This document shows positions 56,668 to 64,000 of a stretch of DNA of 64,000 bases, piece after piece. Position numbers and translations under genes: made by a program. Each line of letters begins with the position of its first letter. Positions within the stretch are counted from its first letter, which is position 1. The notes under the pieces were generated by a model, which saw nothing but the letters and a program-made list of their open reading frames with translations, searched no databases and was not told where the DNA came from. This DNA comes from a virus (taxonomy: Duplodnaviria; Caudoviricetes), in the IMG/VR virus record IMGVR_UViG_3300025137_005045, one strand, 5' to 3'.

Positions 56668-57576
56668 ATGAGGAAAATAGATTTAAAAATAGTAGAAATA
56701 CTAGTTGGCTGGAAATGCAACTTGGCATGTCGAGACTGTTCCTCGGGTGTTGACATACTCAGAAATAAAATAGATCAAGAACCTGAATTAGATAATCTAA
56801 TTAAATCCATTGATGATTTATCCAAATATGTTAATAATGTTACTGACTTGTTTACTGTTACAGGTGGAGAGCCTATGCTTTATTGGGACATAGTCAAACC
56901 GGTTGTTAGACACATAAGAAAAAAGTTTCCTCTTGCTAAAATTATGATTAATTCTAATGGAAGACTATTACACAAACGTAAAGATGAATTAATAGATTTT
57001 TTAAAAGAAATACAAAATATCGCTATAGGATTATCCAATCATGCAAGCGAGTTTCCAAATGATCCTGCAGGACAGGCATATTATAATGATTTAGATAAGT
57101 TTTTTAGTGACAGCAGACTATATAAAATCCACTCAATGCACTATGACATTCCGGATAATGAAGTTAATTTCCACTGGGGTACCCATTCAGATGGATTCAT
57201 AGCTCAATGGAAAAGAGTTGGAGATAAATTAAAGCCGTTTGCTACAAAAAATCCGGCCAAGTCATTTGAAAACGGGTGTGTTAGCCCCATCTGTGCTTCA
57301 CTGAGTGATGATTCAAAACTTTATAAATGTTTTAAATTACAAGTGTTACCAACTATACTAAAAAGAATAGATCAACTTGATGATCCAGATTGGCAACCTT
57401 ATCTTACATATCAACCCATTGATATTTCCAAAGACAATGTCTGGAATGATATATATAAATTTGCTGAAGAAGAAGGCAACCCGATTTCTGTTTGTGATAT
57501 GTGCCCTGATAACAAAGTTATTGGAATATCTAGGGTACCTCACACCAAAGAAAATATTTTTACAAAGAGGAAATAA
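56668..57576 (+). CDS. Radical SAM protein
   Basis: CNLACRDC; TGGEP; C-terminal C...CDMC. Confidence 0.88.
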   Translation: MRKIDLKIVEILVGWKCNLACRDCSSGVDILRNKIDQEPELDNLIKSIDDLSKYVNNVTDLFTVTGGEPMLYWDIVKPVVRHIRKKFPLAKIMINSNGRLLHKRKDELIDFLKEIQNIAIGLSNHASEFPNDPAGQAYYNDLDKFFSDSRLYKIHSMHYDIPDNEVNFHWGTHSDGFIAQWKRVGDKLKPFATKNPAKSFENGCVSPICASLSDDSKLYKCFKLQVLPTILKRIDQLDDPDWQPYLTYQPIDISKDNVWNDIYKFAEEEGNPISVCDMCPDNKVIGISRVPHTKENIFTKRK

Positions 57577-57833
57577 TGAGATACTTAGTAATTACCTATA
57601 TATTAAAACCTGATGGTCGTAGCGATGAAGCGGTGTCAGTTAAACAAAAATTAACTAATTATATTAATAATAATGCTAATATAATTATGGATTTTAAGGA
57701 AAAAAGAATATTAAAATCTCGTATGAATGAACCTATTCCTCGTGAGTGGAATGCTATCTATTATTACTTTGTAAATATCTATTCAGATATATTTAAAGCT
57801 CTTGAAGATGCAAATCCCCAAGAGCCCAAATAA
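57576..57833 (+). CDS. Hypothetical protein
   Basis: ORF track; coupled. Confidence 0.7.
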   Translation: MRYLVITYILKPDGRSDEAVSVKQKLTNYINNNANIIMDFKEKRILKSRMNEPIPREWNAIYYYFVNIYSDIFKALEDANPQEPK

Positions 57834-58559
57834 CTAGTCCTTATATAAAGTTAATACTGAATCAATAATTGGATGTCGTTGGATGTCTTGGCCAGTAAAC
57901 TGATTAATAGCCATTCCGTTAACATTTTGCTGTGACAACCGATCGCAAAGATCTAATAGACCATTATTGCTACCGTGTTTGTCTGCTTGTTCTATGTCAC
58001 CTGTTACTACTATTTTACTGCCTTCTCCTATCCTGGTTAATAACATTTTAACTTGTGCTGGTGTTGCATTCTGCATCTCATCAGCCACAATCCATGCGTC
58101 CTTAAATGTTCGTCCTCTCATAAATGCTAAAGGTGATATCTCAATGATTTGTTCTTCCATCATGTGAGCTATTTCTTTTGCGTTATAGTACATCCTCAAA
58201 ACATCAAATAAAGGTCGAGTCCACGGTTCCATTTTTTGTTCCAGTGTTCCTGGTAAAAATCCGTGTTTCTCATCCTCAACTCCTACTGCTGGTCTTGTTA
58301 ATACTATACGTTCGCATTCATGATTTCTAAATGCTTTGATAGCGGCAATCATTGCTAGATATGTTTTACCAGTACCTGCTGGACCGTGCCCTATTACTAT
58401 ATGTGTGGATTTGTTTAACAAGTTTAAGATATACGTTTCTTGATTCCTACTTTTTGGAATCAATTCTATATGTCTTGATTTTATAGCCTGTTCAAAGTTT
58501 ATTGTGTTATGAAGTTCTTGATGGTTATTGTTACGTTTTGCTCTTCTTGGTTTTGACAA
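57834..58559 (-). CDS. phoH: PhoH-family ATPase
   Basis: GPAGTGKT, LTRPAV, PLAFMRGRTF, DEMQN, GDIEQ; SD AGGAG supports TTG 58559. Confidence 0.95.
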   Translation of the reverse strand: MSKPRRAKRNNNHQELHNTINFEQAIKSRHIELIPKSRNQETYILNLLNKSTHIVIGHGPAGTGKTYLAMIAAIKAFRNHECERIVLTRPAVGVEDEKHGFLPGTLEQKMEPWTRPLFDVLRMYYNAKEIAHMMEEQIIEISPLAFMRGRTFKDAWIVADEMQNATPAQVKMLLTRIGEGSKIVVTGDIEQADKHGSNNGLLDLCDRLSQQNVNGMAINQFTGQDIQRHPIIDSVLTLYKD

Positions 58560-58709
58560 AAGCGTCTCCTTTGTGGAATAATACATGAAGTAGTCCTCTA
58601 TTAAACTACAAATGTATTTACGATGTAATCAGGATGGTTAAACTGCTCACTCAATCACGATCTTTGTCGACTAAATACTGGGCTATCCTGCAATTCTATA
58701 ATTAACAAC

Positions 58710-58910
58710 ATGACTACTTTTTTATTAGTTTTTATTTTTTTAGTTGGTTTCATCTTATTGATGTCGCTTGGAGTAATTTTTATGGGTAAAAACATCAAAG
58801 GAAGTTGTGGTGGATTAAATGCTATCTCTAATTCAGATAAATGTCTGGTTTGTAATAAAGATATTGATCCAAATAATCCATTAAAAAGTAAACTTGATTG
58901 TAAAAAGTAA
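58710..58910 (+). CDS. nqrM: Na+-NQR maturation factor NqrM (DUF539)
   Basis: TM helix then K.IKGSCGGL and further Cys residues. Confidence 0.85.
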   Translation: MTTFLLVFIFLVGFILLMSLGVIFMGKNIKGSCGGLNAISNSDKCLVCNKDIDPNNPLKSKLDCKK

Positions 58911-58953
58911 TTTACAAAAACTTACCAACTAACACTTAGTGATAAATACTCGT

Positions 58954-59493
58954 ATGAAAAACATATTCAATGATGGATTAGACTATTGGCGTGTAGCAGA
59001 GACTGTTAGAGATCTCTATATGTCTGAAGGTACTATATCTGTTCTATTAGACTACGAGCGTGTATTTGACGAAATGGATTTATATGCGTTTAAGAATTGG
59101 TCAGCTGGTGAGTTAGTAGATGGACCAGATATTGGTCGTTATTCAGTAACATGCACTTGGTTATGGCCAGCAGAAATGATGCCAGACCCTCGCGGTGCTA
59201 AACGATTACTGCCATTTGGTGCTACAGTCAAGTTCAAAAAGACCAAAATGAAAGTACCAATTAAAATTAAAACACCCAATGACTATCGTGCAGGTACTAA
59301 AAAACCAAAAATAATTGAAAAAGAAGTATGGTTAGTCCAAATTCAGTTACCTAAATATCTAATTAACGAAATACGAAGTGGTTCTAAAGAACTTGAAGAT
59401 CAAGATATCGACATGAGTGATTTAGACAGTGCATACGAACAAGATCTAGATCTAGAACAATATCAGGACACCCAAGATGAAGAAACAGCTTAA
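58954..59493 (+). CDS. Conserved-looking phage hypothetical protein
   Basis: ATAAATA at 58942; LLDYERV.DE..YAFKNW..GELVDGP. Confidence 0.75.
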   Translation: MKNIFNDGLDYWRVAETVRDLYMSEGTISVLLDYERVFDEMDLYAFKNWSAGELVDGPDIGRYSVTCTWLWPAEMMPDPRGAKRLLPFGATVKFKKTKMKVPIKIKTPNDYRAGTKKPKIIEKEVWLVQIQLPKYLINEIRSGSKELEDQDIDMSDLDSAYEQDLDLEQYQDTQDEETA

Positions 59494-60016
59494 CGAAGGT
59501 CTTGAATATAAAAGTTTAGAAAATATGGTTAAGTCTACCCTGCATATAGATGAATTTTCAAGTAAGATGGGAGATGATGATGATATCGTGGTTGTTAGTT
59601 TTTATGTAACTGATAATCGTGCGGCCATTGATCTAGTCAGTTGGTTTGAAAAAGGGTATGACTTCATACTTGATGCAGATCGTAGCCCAGGCGAAATAGA
59701 GCCTAACAAATATTTGGTATACATTGAATTAAAGAGACGTACTAATGTATCTGATCATATAGAAACGTTGCTAGACGACCTTACAACGCTTACAGAGCAC
59801 GAAACTACTGATTGGTCTTGCCACTACGGTAAAGACGAATTTAGTTATTCACCAGAAGCAATCAAAAAGTATGTACCACTAAGTCCAAAAGTATATCGCT
59901 CAATGAAAGACGGTGAACTTAATAAAATGAGAGCTATTGCAGGTGTCAAAATACCTGAACTTAAAGAAGTTGCACAAGATGTTCGTGACTTTGTAAATTT
60001 ATCTACTAAGCGTTAA
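59477..60016 (+). CDS. Hypothetical protein
   Basis: ORF track; coupled. Confidence 0.75.
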   Translation: MKKQLNEGLEYKSLENMVKSTLHIDEFSSKMGDDDDIVVVSFYVTDNRAAIDLVSWFEKGYDFILDADRSPGEIEPNKYLVYIELKRRTNVSDHIETLLDDLTTLTEHETTDWSCHYGKDEFSYSPEAIKKYVPLSPKVYRSMKDGELNKMRAIAGVKIPELKEVAQDVRDFVNLSTKR

Positions 60017-60543
60017 TCTCTAACCCATTCAGCATACAATCTATTATTGCTACCGTTGGTATCCTCTCGTATCTCAATACACTCGTAGCCGTAATGATAA
60101 GCATAAAAATCTAATAGATCACGATTCCAAGGATAGAAATCTATTTGTTTACATAACGGATTACCATGATCTGCATGACCTGGATTAACACGCCAGTATA
60201 TTCGTGATTTAGGTTTTAAACATTCCACCACTTTTTCTATTTGATTAGAAATGGTATCACCATTTCCAAAGTTTATACTACCTAAACAAAATGCCACATC
60301 AAACAATCTATCCGGAACATAATCTTCAATTGTGGTTACAACATCTGCTTGACTACAGCCGGGATCTATACCTACTATGTTTTTGATCATGCCTTTGAAT
60401 TCGTTATGCCCGCACCCTACGTCAAGTACCCATTCATCATTGTTAATTTTATTCACTAGGCTAAACCCACTGTATAAGTATTTGTCAGTAGTAGGTTGCC
60501 ATACTTGGCTAAAATATTTGTTTAGGAATTCTTGATCGTGCAT
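60013..60543 (-). CDS. Class I SAM-dependent methyltransferase-like
   Basis: VLDVGCG, GIDP, FDVAFCLGSINF; likely start 60543. Confidence 0.8.
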   Translation of the reverse strand: MHDQEFLNKYFSQVWQPTTDKYLYSGFSLVNKINNDEWVLDVGCGHNEFKGMIKNIVGIDPGCSQADVVTTIEDYVPDRLFDVAFCLGSINFGNGDTISNQIEKVVECLKPKSRIYWRVNPGHADHGNPLCKQIDFYPWNRDLLDFYAYHYGYECIEIREDTNGSNNRLYAEWVRD

Positions 60544-60768
60544 GATAAAACCGTAATAGTTAAATATTGTAGTGCTTGTATTATACTTATCGCTATGGTA
60601 TTCCACACCTTAGGAATTACTCCTTGGAATTCAATCCTACAGTTAATAGGTATTGCAGGATGGACTTATGTTGCACTTAAATGGAATGAGCGAGCCTTGT
60701 TACTAAACTTCTTGCCTCAAGTATTAATTATAGTCCCGGGACTAGTTTATCTATATGCTACCCAATAG
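60532..60768 (+). CDS. Small multi-TM protein (DUF6552-like)
   Basis: PWNSILQLIG..GWTYV..KWNERAL; SD AGGA at 60524. Confidence 0.6.
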   Translation: MIVHDKTVIVKYCSACIILIAMVFHTLGITPWNSILQLIGIAGWTYVALKWNERALLLNFLPQVLIIVPGLVYLYATQ

Positions 60769-61330
60769 AATTTGGTTTACAGGAGTTCCTGGCAGTCGAT
60801 GGAGTGGTATAGCACAGACACTTGAGCAGTTGCCTGGTATGAATACCACAGACCGTACACCCGAACGTGAATATAATCATCATGAATACAGTGGTCACAA
60901 AGGTGCTTACTTTGGCCAAGGCATGGAGTTTTCAGCTTTAGTAATTGACAGTCACGTAGATCAAGCATTTACCTCGCAAGAAGGATGTAAGTTAATTAAA
61001 AGTCATGAGTGGGCAGATCATTTAGAAGGTATACAAACATTGTGTCCTAATGATTGGATTATGCTAGTATACCGTCCAGATCAAACAAGTTTTGCATGGT
61101 GGCACGAAGCAGGCGGCTTTCAGATAGGATATCCCAACTATTCAGAATACAAAAATTCAGCTAACATGCTAGCAGAAATAGTCCGTACTAATCAATTGAT
61201 ACTAGAATATGCTTGCATAAATATGTGCAGATGGGAGTACTTTACTTCCTCCTGGATAGCTGAAAATTTTGGTTATCAGATCGATGTTGATCATGTCTGG
61301 CCAGACATAATGGTCACATTGATAAAATAA
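60755..61330 (+). CDS. Hypothetical protein with N-terminal Gly loop (P-loop/sulfotransferase-like)
   Basis: WFTGVPGSRWSG. Confidence 0.6.
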   Translation: MLPNRIWFTGVPGSRWSGIAQTLEQLPGMNTTDRTPEREYNHHEYSGHKGAYFGQGMEFSALVIDSHVDQAFTSQEGCKLIKSHEWADHLEGIQTLCPNDWIMLVYRPDQTSFAWWHEAGGFQIGYPNYSEYKNSANMLAEIVRTNQLILEYACINMCRWEYFTSSWIAENFGYQIDVDHVWPDIMVTLIK

Positions 61331-61352
61331 CGTTATTAAAAGGAATAATAAT

Positions 61353-62048
61353 ATGAACGCGAAACAATTCGTAAAACAAATGAAGGAAGACAACCAAGCG
61401 TTGTTTACTGCTTCAGAAATGCAAGTTGAAGCTTACTTTAATAGCAATCCTAGCCAAGAAAAACTAGTTGATCATTTCATCGGCCGTATGGTTAATGAAA
61501 GAATGAACATGGTTGAAATCTCAGCTAAAGTTGCTAGTATGCCTGCATCTACTCCAATAGAAGAGCTTGCACTATTAACAAAACAAGCACAGGATGAAGC
61601 TAAACATTTTGGTATGGTTAGAAATGTAATTGAACATATCACAGGTGAAACATTAGATGTTGAAGCGGCCATTAAGGCTGAAGAAGCAAATCCAACAGCA
61701 AAAGGTGCGGCTCTATTAGACAAGTACGAAGCGGCTACTGATCCTCTTGCAATGGCGGCATATCAAATGATTGCTGAAGGTCGTGCAGAAGCAGTTTGGA
61801 TGAAGATGTCTGAATGTATTGAGGACAAATATGTGGCAGATACATACGCTAAAATTGGTAAGGATGAAGGCTTTCACGCTAACATTGGTGCACGCTCACT
61901 AGTAGAACTAGCTACAGATACAGAAACACAAGCTAAAGTTCTTAAAATTGCAAATCAAATGAGAATGGACTTATTTGAAGTATCTTGCATGAACACAAAA
62001 GCACTTCCAGAAGCACAAGCATTAATTAATGAAGCATACGCTGTTTAA
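61353..62048 (+). CDS. Ferritin-like di-iron protein
   Basis: E..DEAKH..E..DEGFH paired ExxH motifs. Confidence 0.75.
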   Translation: MNAKQFVKQMKEDNQALFTASEMQVEAYFNSNPSQEKLVDHFIGRMVNERMNMVEISAKVASMPASTPIEELALLTKQAQDEAKHFGMVRNVIEHITGETLDVEAAIKAEEANPTAKGAALLDKYEAATDPLAMAAYQMIAEGRAEAVWMKMSECIEDKYVADTYAKIGKDEGFHANIGARSLVELATDTETQAKVLKIANQMRMDLFEVSCMNTKALPEAQALINEAYAV

Positions 62049-62107
62049 TTAATTCTTATAGGTAACACTAAGAAGGCTAATTACTATTAACGTAATTGGC
62101 CTTTTTT

Positions 62108-62644
62108 ATGAATATAGCAATCACACAAAGAGAATTAGATATCAGAGGATGGACATACGACTGTATCCAACAAGACTGGTACGATTTCCTTGCACATCAC
62201 ACGTTATGGGCTGTACCTAACAAATCTAATTTTACACTAGCTGAAGCAGACTGTTTAATCCTTGGTGGAGGTAATAGTTCAGATCGTAGAGATCGTACTG
62301 AATCTATAGCTGTACAATTATTTGCTGACAAACCAATCATCGGAGTGTGTCACGGAGCATTTTTTCTAAATACATTTTATGGTGGTGTTAACACAAGTAT
62401 AGAAGGACACCAAGGAACAGATCATTCAATAAAAATGGAATTTAAAACTCATCAGGTCAATAGTCATCATTCAGTCGGTATAGAAACTCTAGCTGATTGT
62501 TTGGAGCCAATAGCATTTGACGATAATGGTAACGTTGAAGCATTTAAACATAAAGAACTGCCCCAATGGGGTATAGTATGGCATCCTGAACGCATGGAAA
62601 CACCCGTGTTACCTCAAGCAGTTGGAGAATTATTAGATGCGTAA
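62108..62644 (+). CDS. Class I glutamine amidotransferase / peptidase C26
   Basis: LILGGG, IGVCHGA, VNSHH, WHPE. Confidence 0.88.
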   Translation: MNIAITQRELDIRGWTYDCIQQDWYDFLAHHTLWAVPNKSNFTLAEADCLILGGGNSSDRRDRTESIAVQLFADKPIIGVCHGAFFLNTFYGGVNTSIEGHQGTDHSIKMEFKTHQVNSHHSVGIETLADCLEPIAFDDNGNVEAFKHKELPQWGIVWHPERMETPVLPQAVGELLDA

Positions 62645-63632
62645 GCCAATTTTAATAATCTACGCACCTGGTGCATACGGAACGTTTATAGAATGGTTAT
62701 TAACTTACCTAACAGATCAAACCTTAGATGATCAACTGCCCTTTGGAAAATCCGGAAATGCTCATAATTTTTTAGGTAATCAAATAGTTACTAATGCACA
62801 TGATTATTATCGCACAAAAGATTCTCATGGACAGGAAAGTCTTAAGAAAATAGATGAAACTTTTTCTCATAATAAATTTTATAGAATACATCCTCCCTCC
62901 ATTGAAGGGGAAAAATCTTTATTTTCCTGTACTATTTCAATAATTGCACCGACGACTTCGGCTCTTTGGATATTCAGAAATGAAATTGAAAAATTTGATA
63001 CAGTTGAAATGCTTGAGATTGCAAAAACAAATATCCCAATGGTATTAAACAAAATTGGTATTGAATTTCATGACATTGAACGTTTAAGATCATATAGTGA
63101 TCAAATTGATAAAGTATGGATTGACATTGTTACAAGATATTTAGAACAACAACATTTTAAAGCATATAACGTAAACAGGGTTGAAGACTTGGAAAGATGG
63201 CAAGTAAGAGAAATATTTAGTTACCAGAATATAAGTGATATCCCAGGTAGGTTACCTGATTCTAAACACCTCCCCCACCTCAACCACATCATAAGTGTTG
63301 AAGATCTAAGAGATCAAATGCCAACAGTTATCAATGACCTAATAGAAAAATTAGAACTTAAAGTTATTCCGTACCGTCATGAAAAATTAGATTGGATTTG
63401 GCAAGAGTGGAAATCTAGACAGGAATATGCAAATATAGATGCCATGATTGATGAATATATCAAGAATGTGATTAACGGAATTGATCAAACTATGCCATTT
63501 TCTTTTAATATATGTGAAGAAATTTTGATACAACAAAAATTACGTGAAGCCGGTTATGAAATTAAATGTAACGGATTAGATAGTCTTCCGTTACGGACCA
63601 TTGACTTAAAAGAGTTATTACACAATGCGTAA
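62637..63632 (+). CDS. Hypothetical protein (sulfotransferase-like N-terminus)
   Basis: IIYAPGAYGTFIEW. Confidence 0.55.
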   Translation: MRKPILIIYAPGAYGTFIEWLLTYLTDQTLDDQLPFGKSGNAHNFLGNQIVTNAHDYYRTKDSHGQESLKKIDETFSHNKFYRIHPPSIEGEKSLFSCTISIIAPTTSALWIFRNEIEKFDTVEMLEIAKTNIPMVLNKIGIEFHDIERLRSYSDQIDKVWIDIVTRYLEQQHFKAYNVNRVEDLERWQVREIFSYQNISDIPGRLPDSKHLPHLNHIISVEDLRDQMPTVINDLIEKLELKVIPYRHEKLDWIWQEWKSRQEYANIDAMIDEYIKNVINGIDQTMPFSFNICEEILIQQKLREAGYEIKCNGLDSLPLRTIDLKELLHNA

Positions 63633-64000
63633 ACAAATGTTAATTTTAACAGGACCACAAGGAGCAGGTAATCACTTATGGTCAAAAGTTTTTAGTCAAC
63701 ACAAAGATGTATTTGGTTGGAAAACTCTATTAGAAAACTATTGGGAACCACATAGATTATCAGAGCCCTTTGCCAGGTATTGGCGAGATCCTAGTATACT
63801 GTCAAAATTTGATTGGAGCCAGAGCGATAATTATCTTACATCAATATCAGTTCCATTGGGAATACCAGGCAGTAAAGAAAATCCTGTATGGGAACCTAAT
63901 TTAGATTTATTTAAACGCTGTGTTGAAAAACAAGGTGTTGATGTCCAACTTGCTGTTATAGGTAGAGATCAAAATATATTAAACAAGCAACAGCATCGAA
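63625..64000 (+). CDS. 3'-truncated hypothetical protein with N-terminal Gly loop
   Basis: MRKQMLILTGPQGAGNHLWSKVFS; open to the window end. Confidence 0.65.
   Translation, partial: MRKQMLILTGPQGAGNHLWSKVFSQHKDVFGWKTLLENYWEPHRLSEPFARYWRDPSILSKFDWSQSDNYLTSISVPLGIPGSKENPVWEPNLDLFKRCVEKQGVDVQLAVIGRDQNILNKQQHR

Noticed and set aside
34394-57576. Radical SAM genes as PqqE partners of pqqA
   Set aside because: Domain order differs from PqqE, no pqqD/B/C nearby, and they are far from pqqA
1-64000. Bacterial chromosome, prophage, or stop-codon recoding
   Set aside because: Host-like genes are isolated among phage genes with phage promoters; no integrase or att site; recognisable genes are intact under the standard code and end in TAA, TAG or TGA

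Overview
AT-rich, gene-dense segment of a large lytic dsDNA phage (jumbo/myovirus-like), standard genetic code, no integrase or CRISPR array seen. Phage evidence: clamp-loader, PhoH, MazG, UvsE, ClpP, GroES, a stand-alone Pol III-alpha fragment, baseplate-like structural genes, and two promoter classes (host sigma70 TTGAC(C/A)-N17-TATAAT/TATACT and a T4-late-like ATAAATA/ATAAGTA). Accessory content is unusually rich. (1) A curli-type amyloid module: csgF, csgG with a long acidic repeat tail, two curlin-repeat proteins (one fused to PA14) and FecR, plus a CHASE2-adenylate cyclase and a free paralogue of its C-terminal domain. (2) Host-metabolism genes: ahcY, speD, two fatty-acid desaturases, nqrF and nqrM, erpA, infA. 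(3) A 23-aa PqqA precursor missed by the ORF track, behind a Fur-box-like site and a structured leader; it suggests a PQQ-using, possibly Methylophilaceae, host. (4) A glutamine (glnA-type) riboswitch beside two outer-membrane barrel genes. (5) Glycan-modification and amidinotransferase clusters. (6) Several structured non-coding elements, notably a distorted tRNA-like RNA inside a 14-bp terminal stem under its own strong promoter. All family assignments are from motif recognition by eye; no database searches or folding programs were run.
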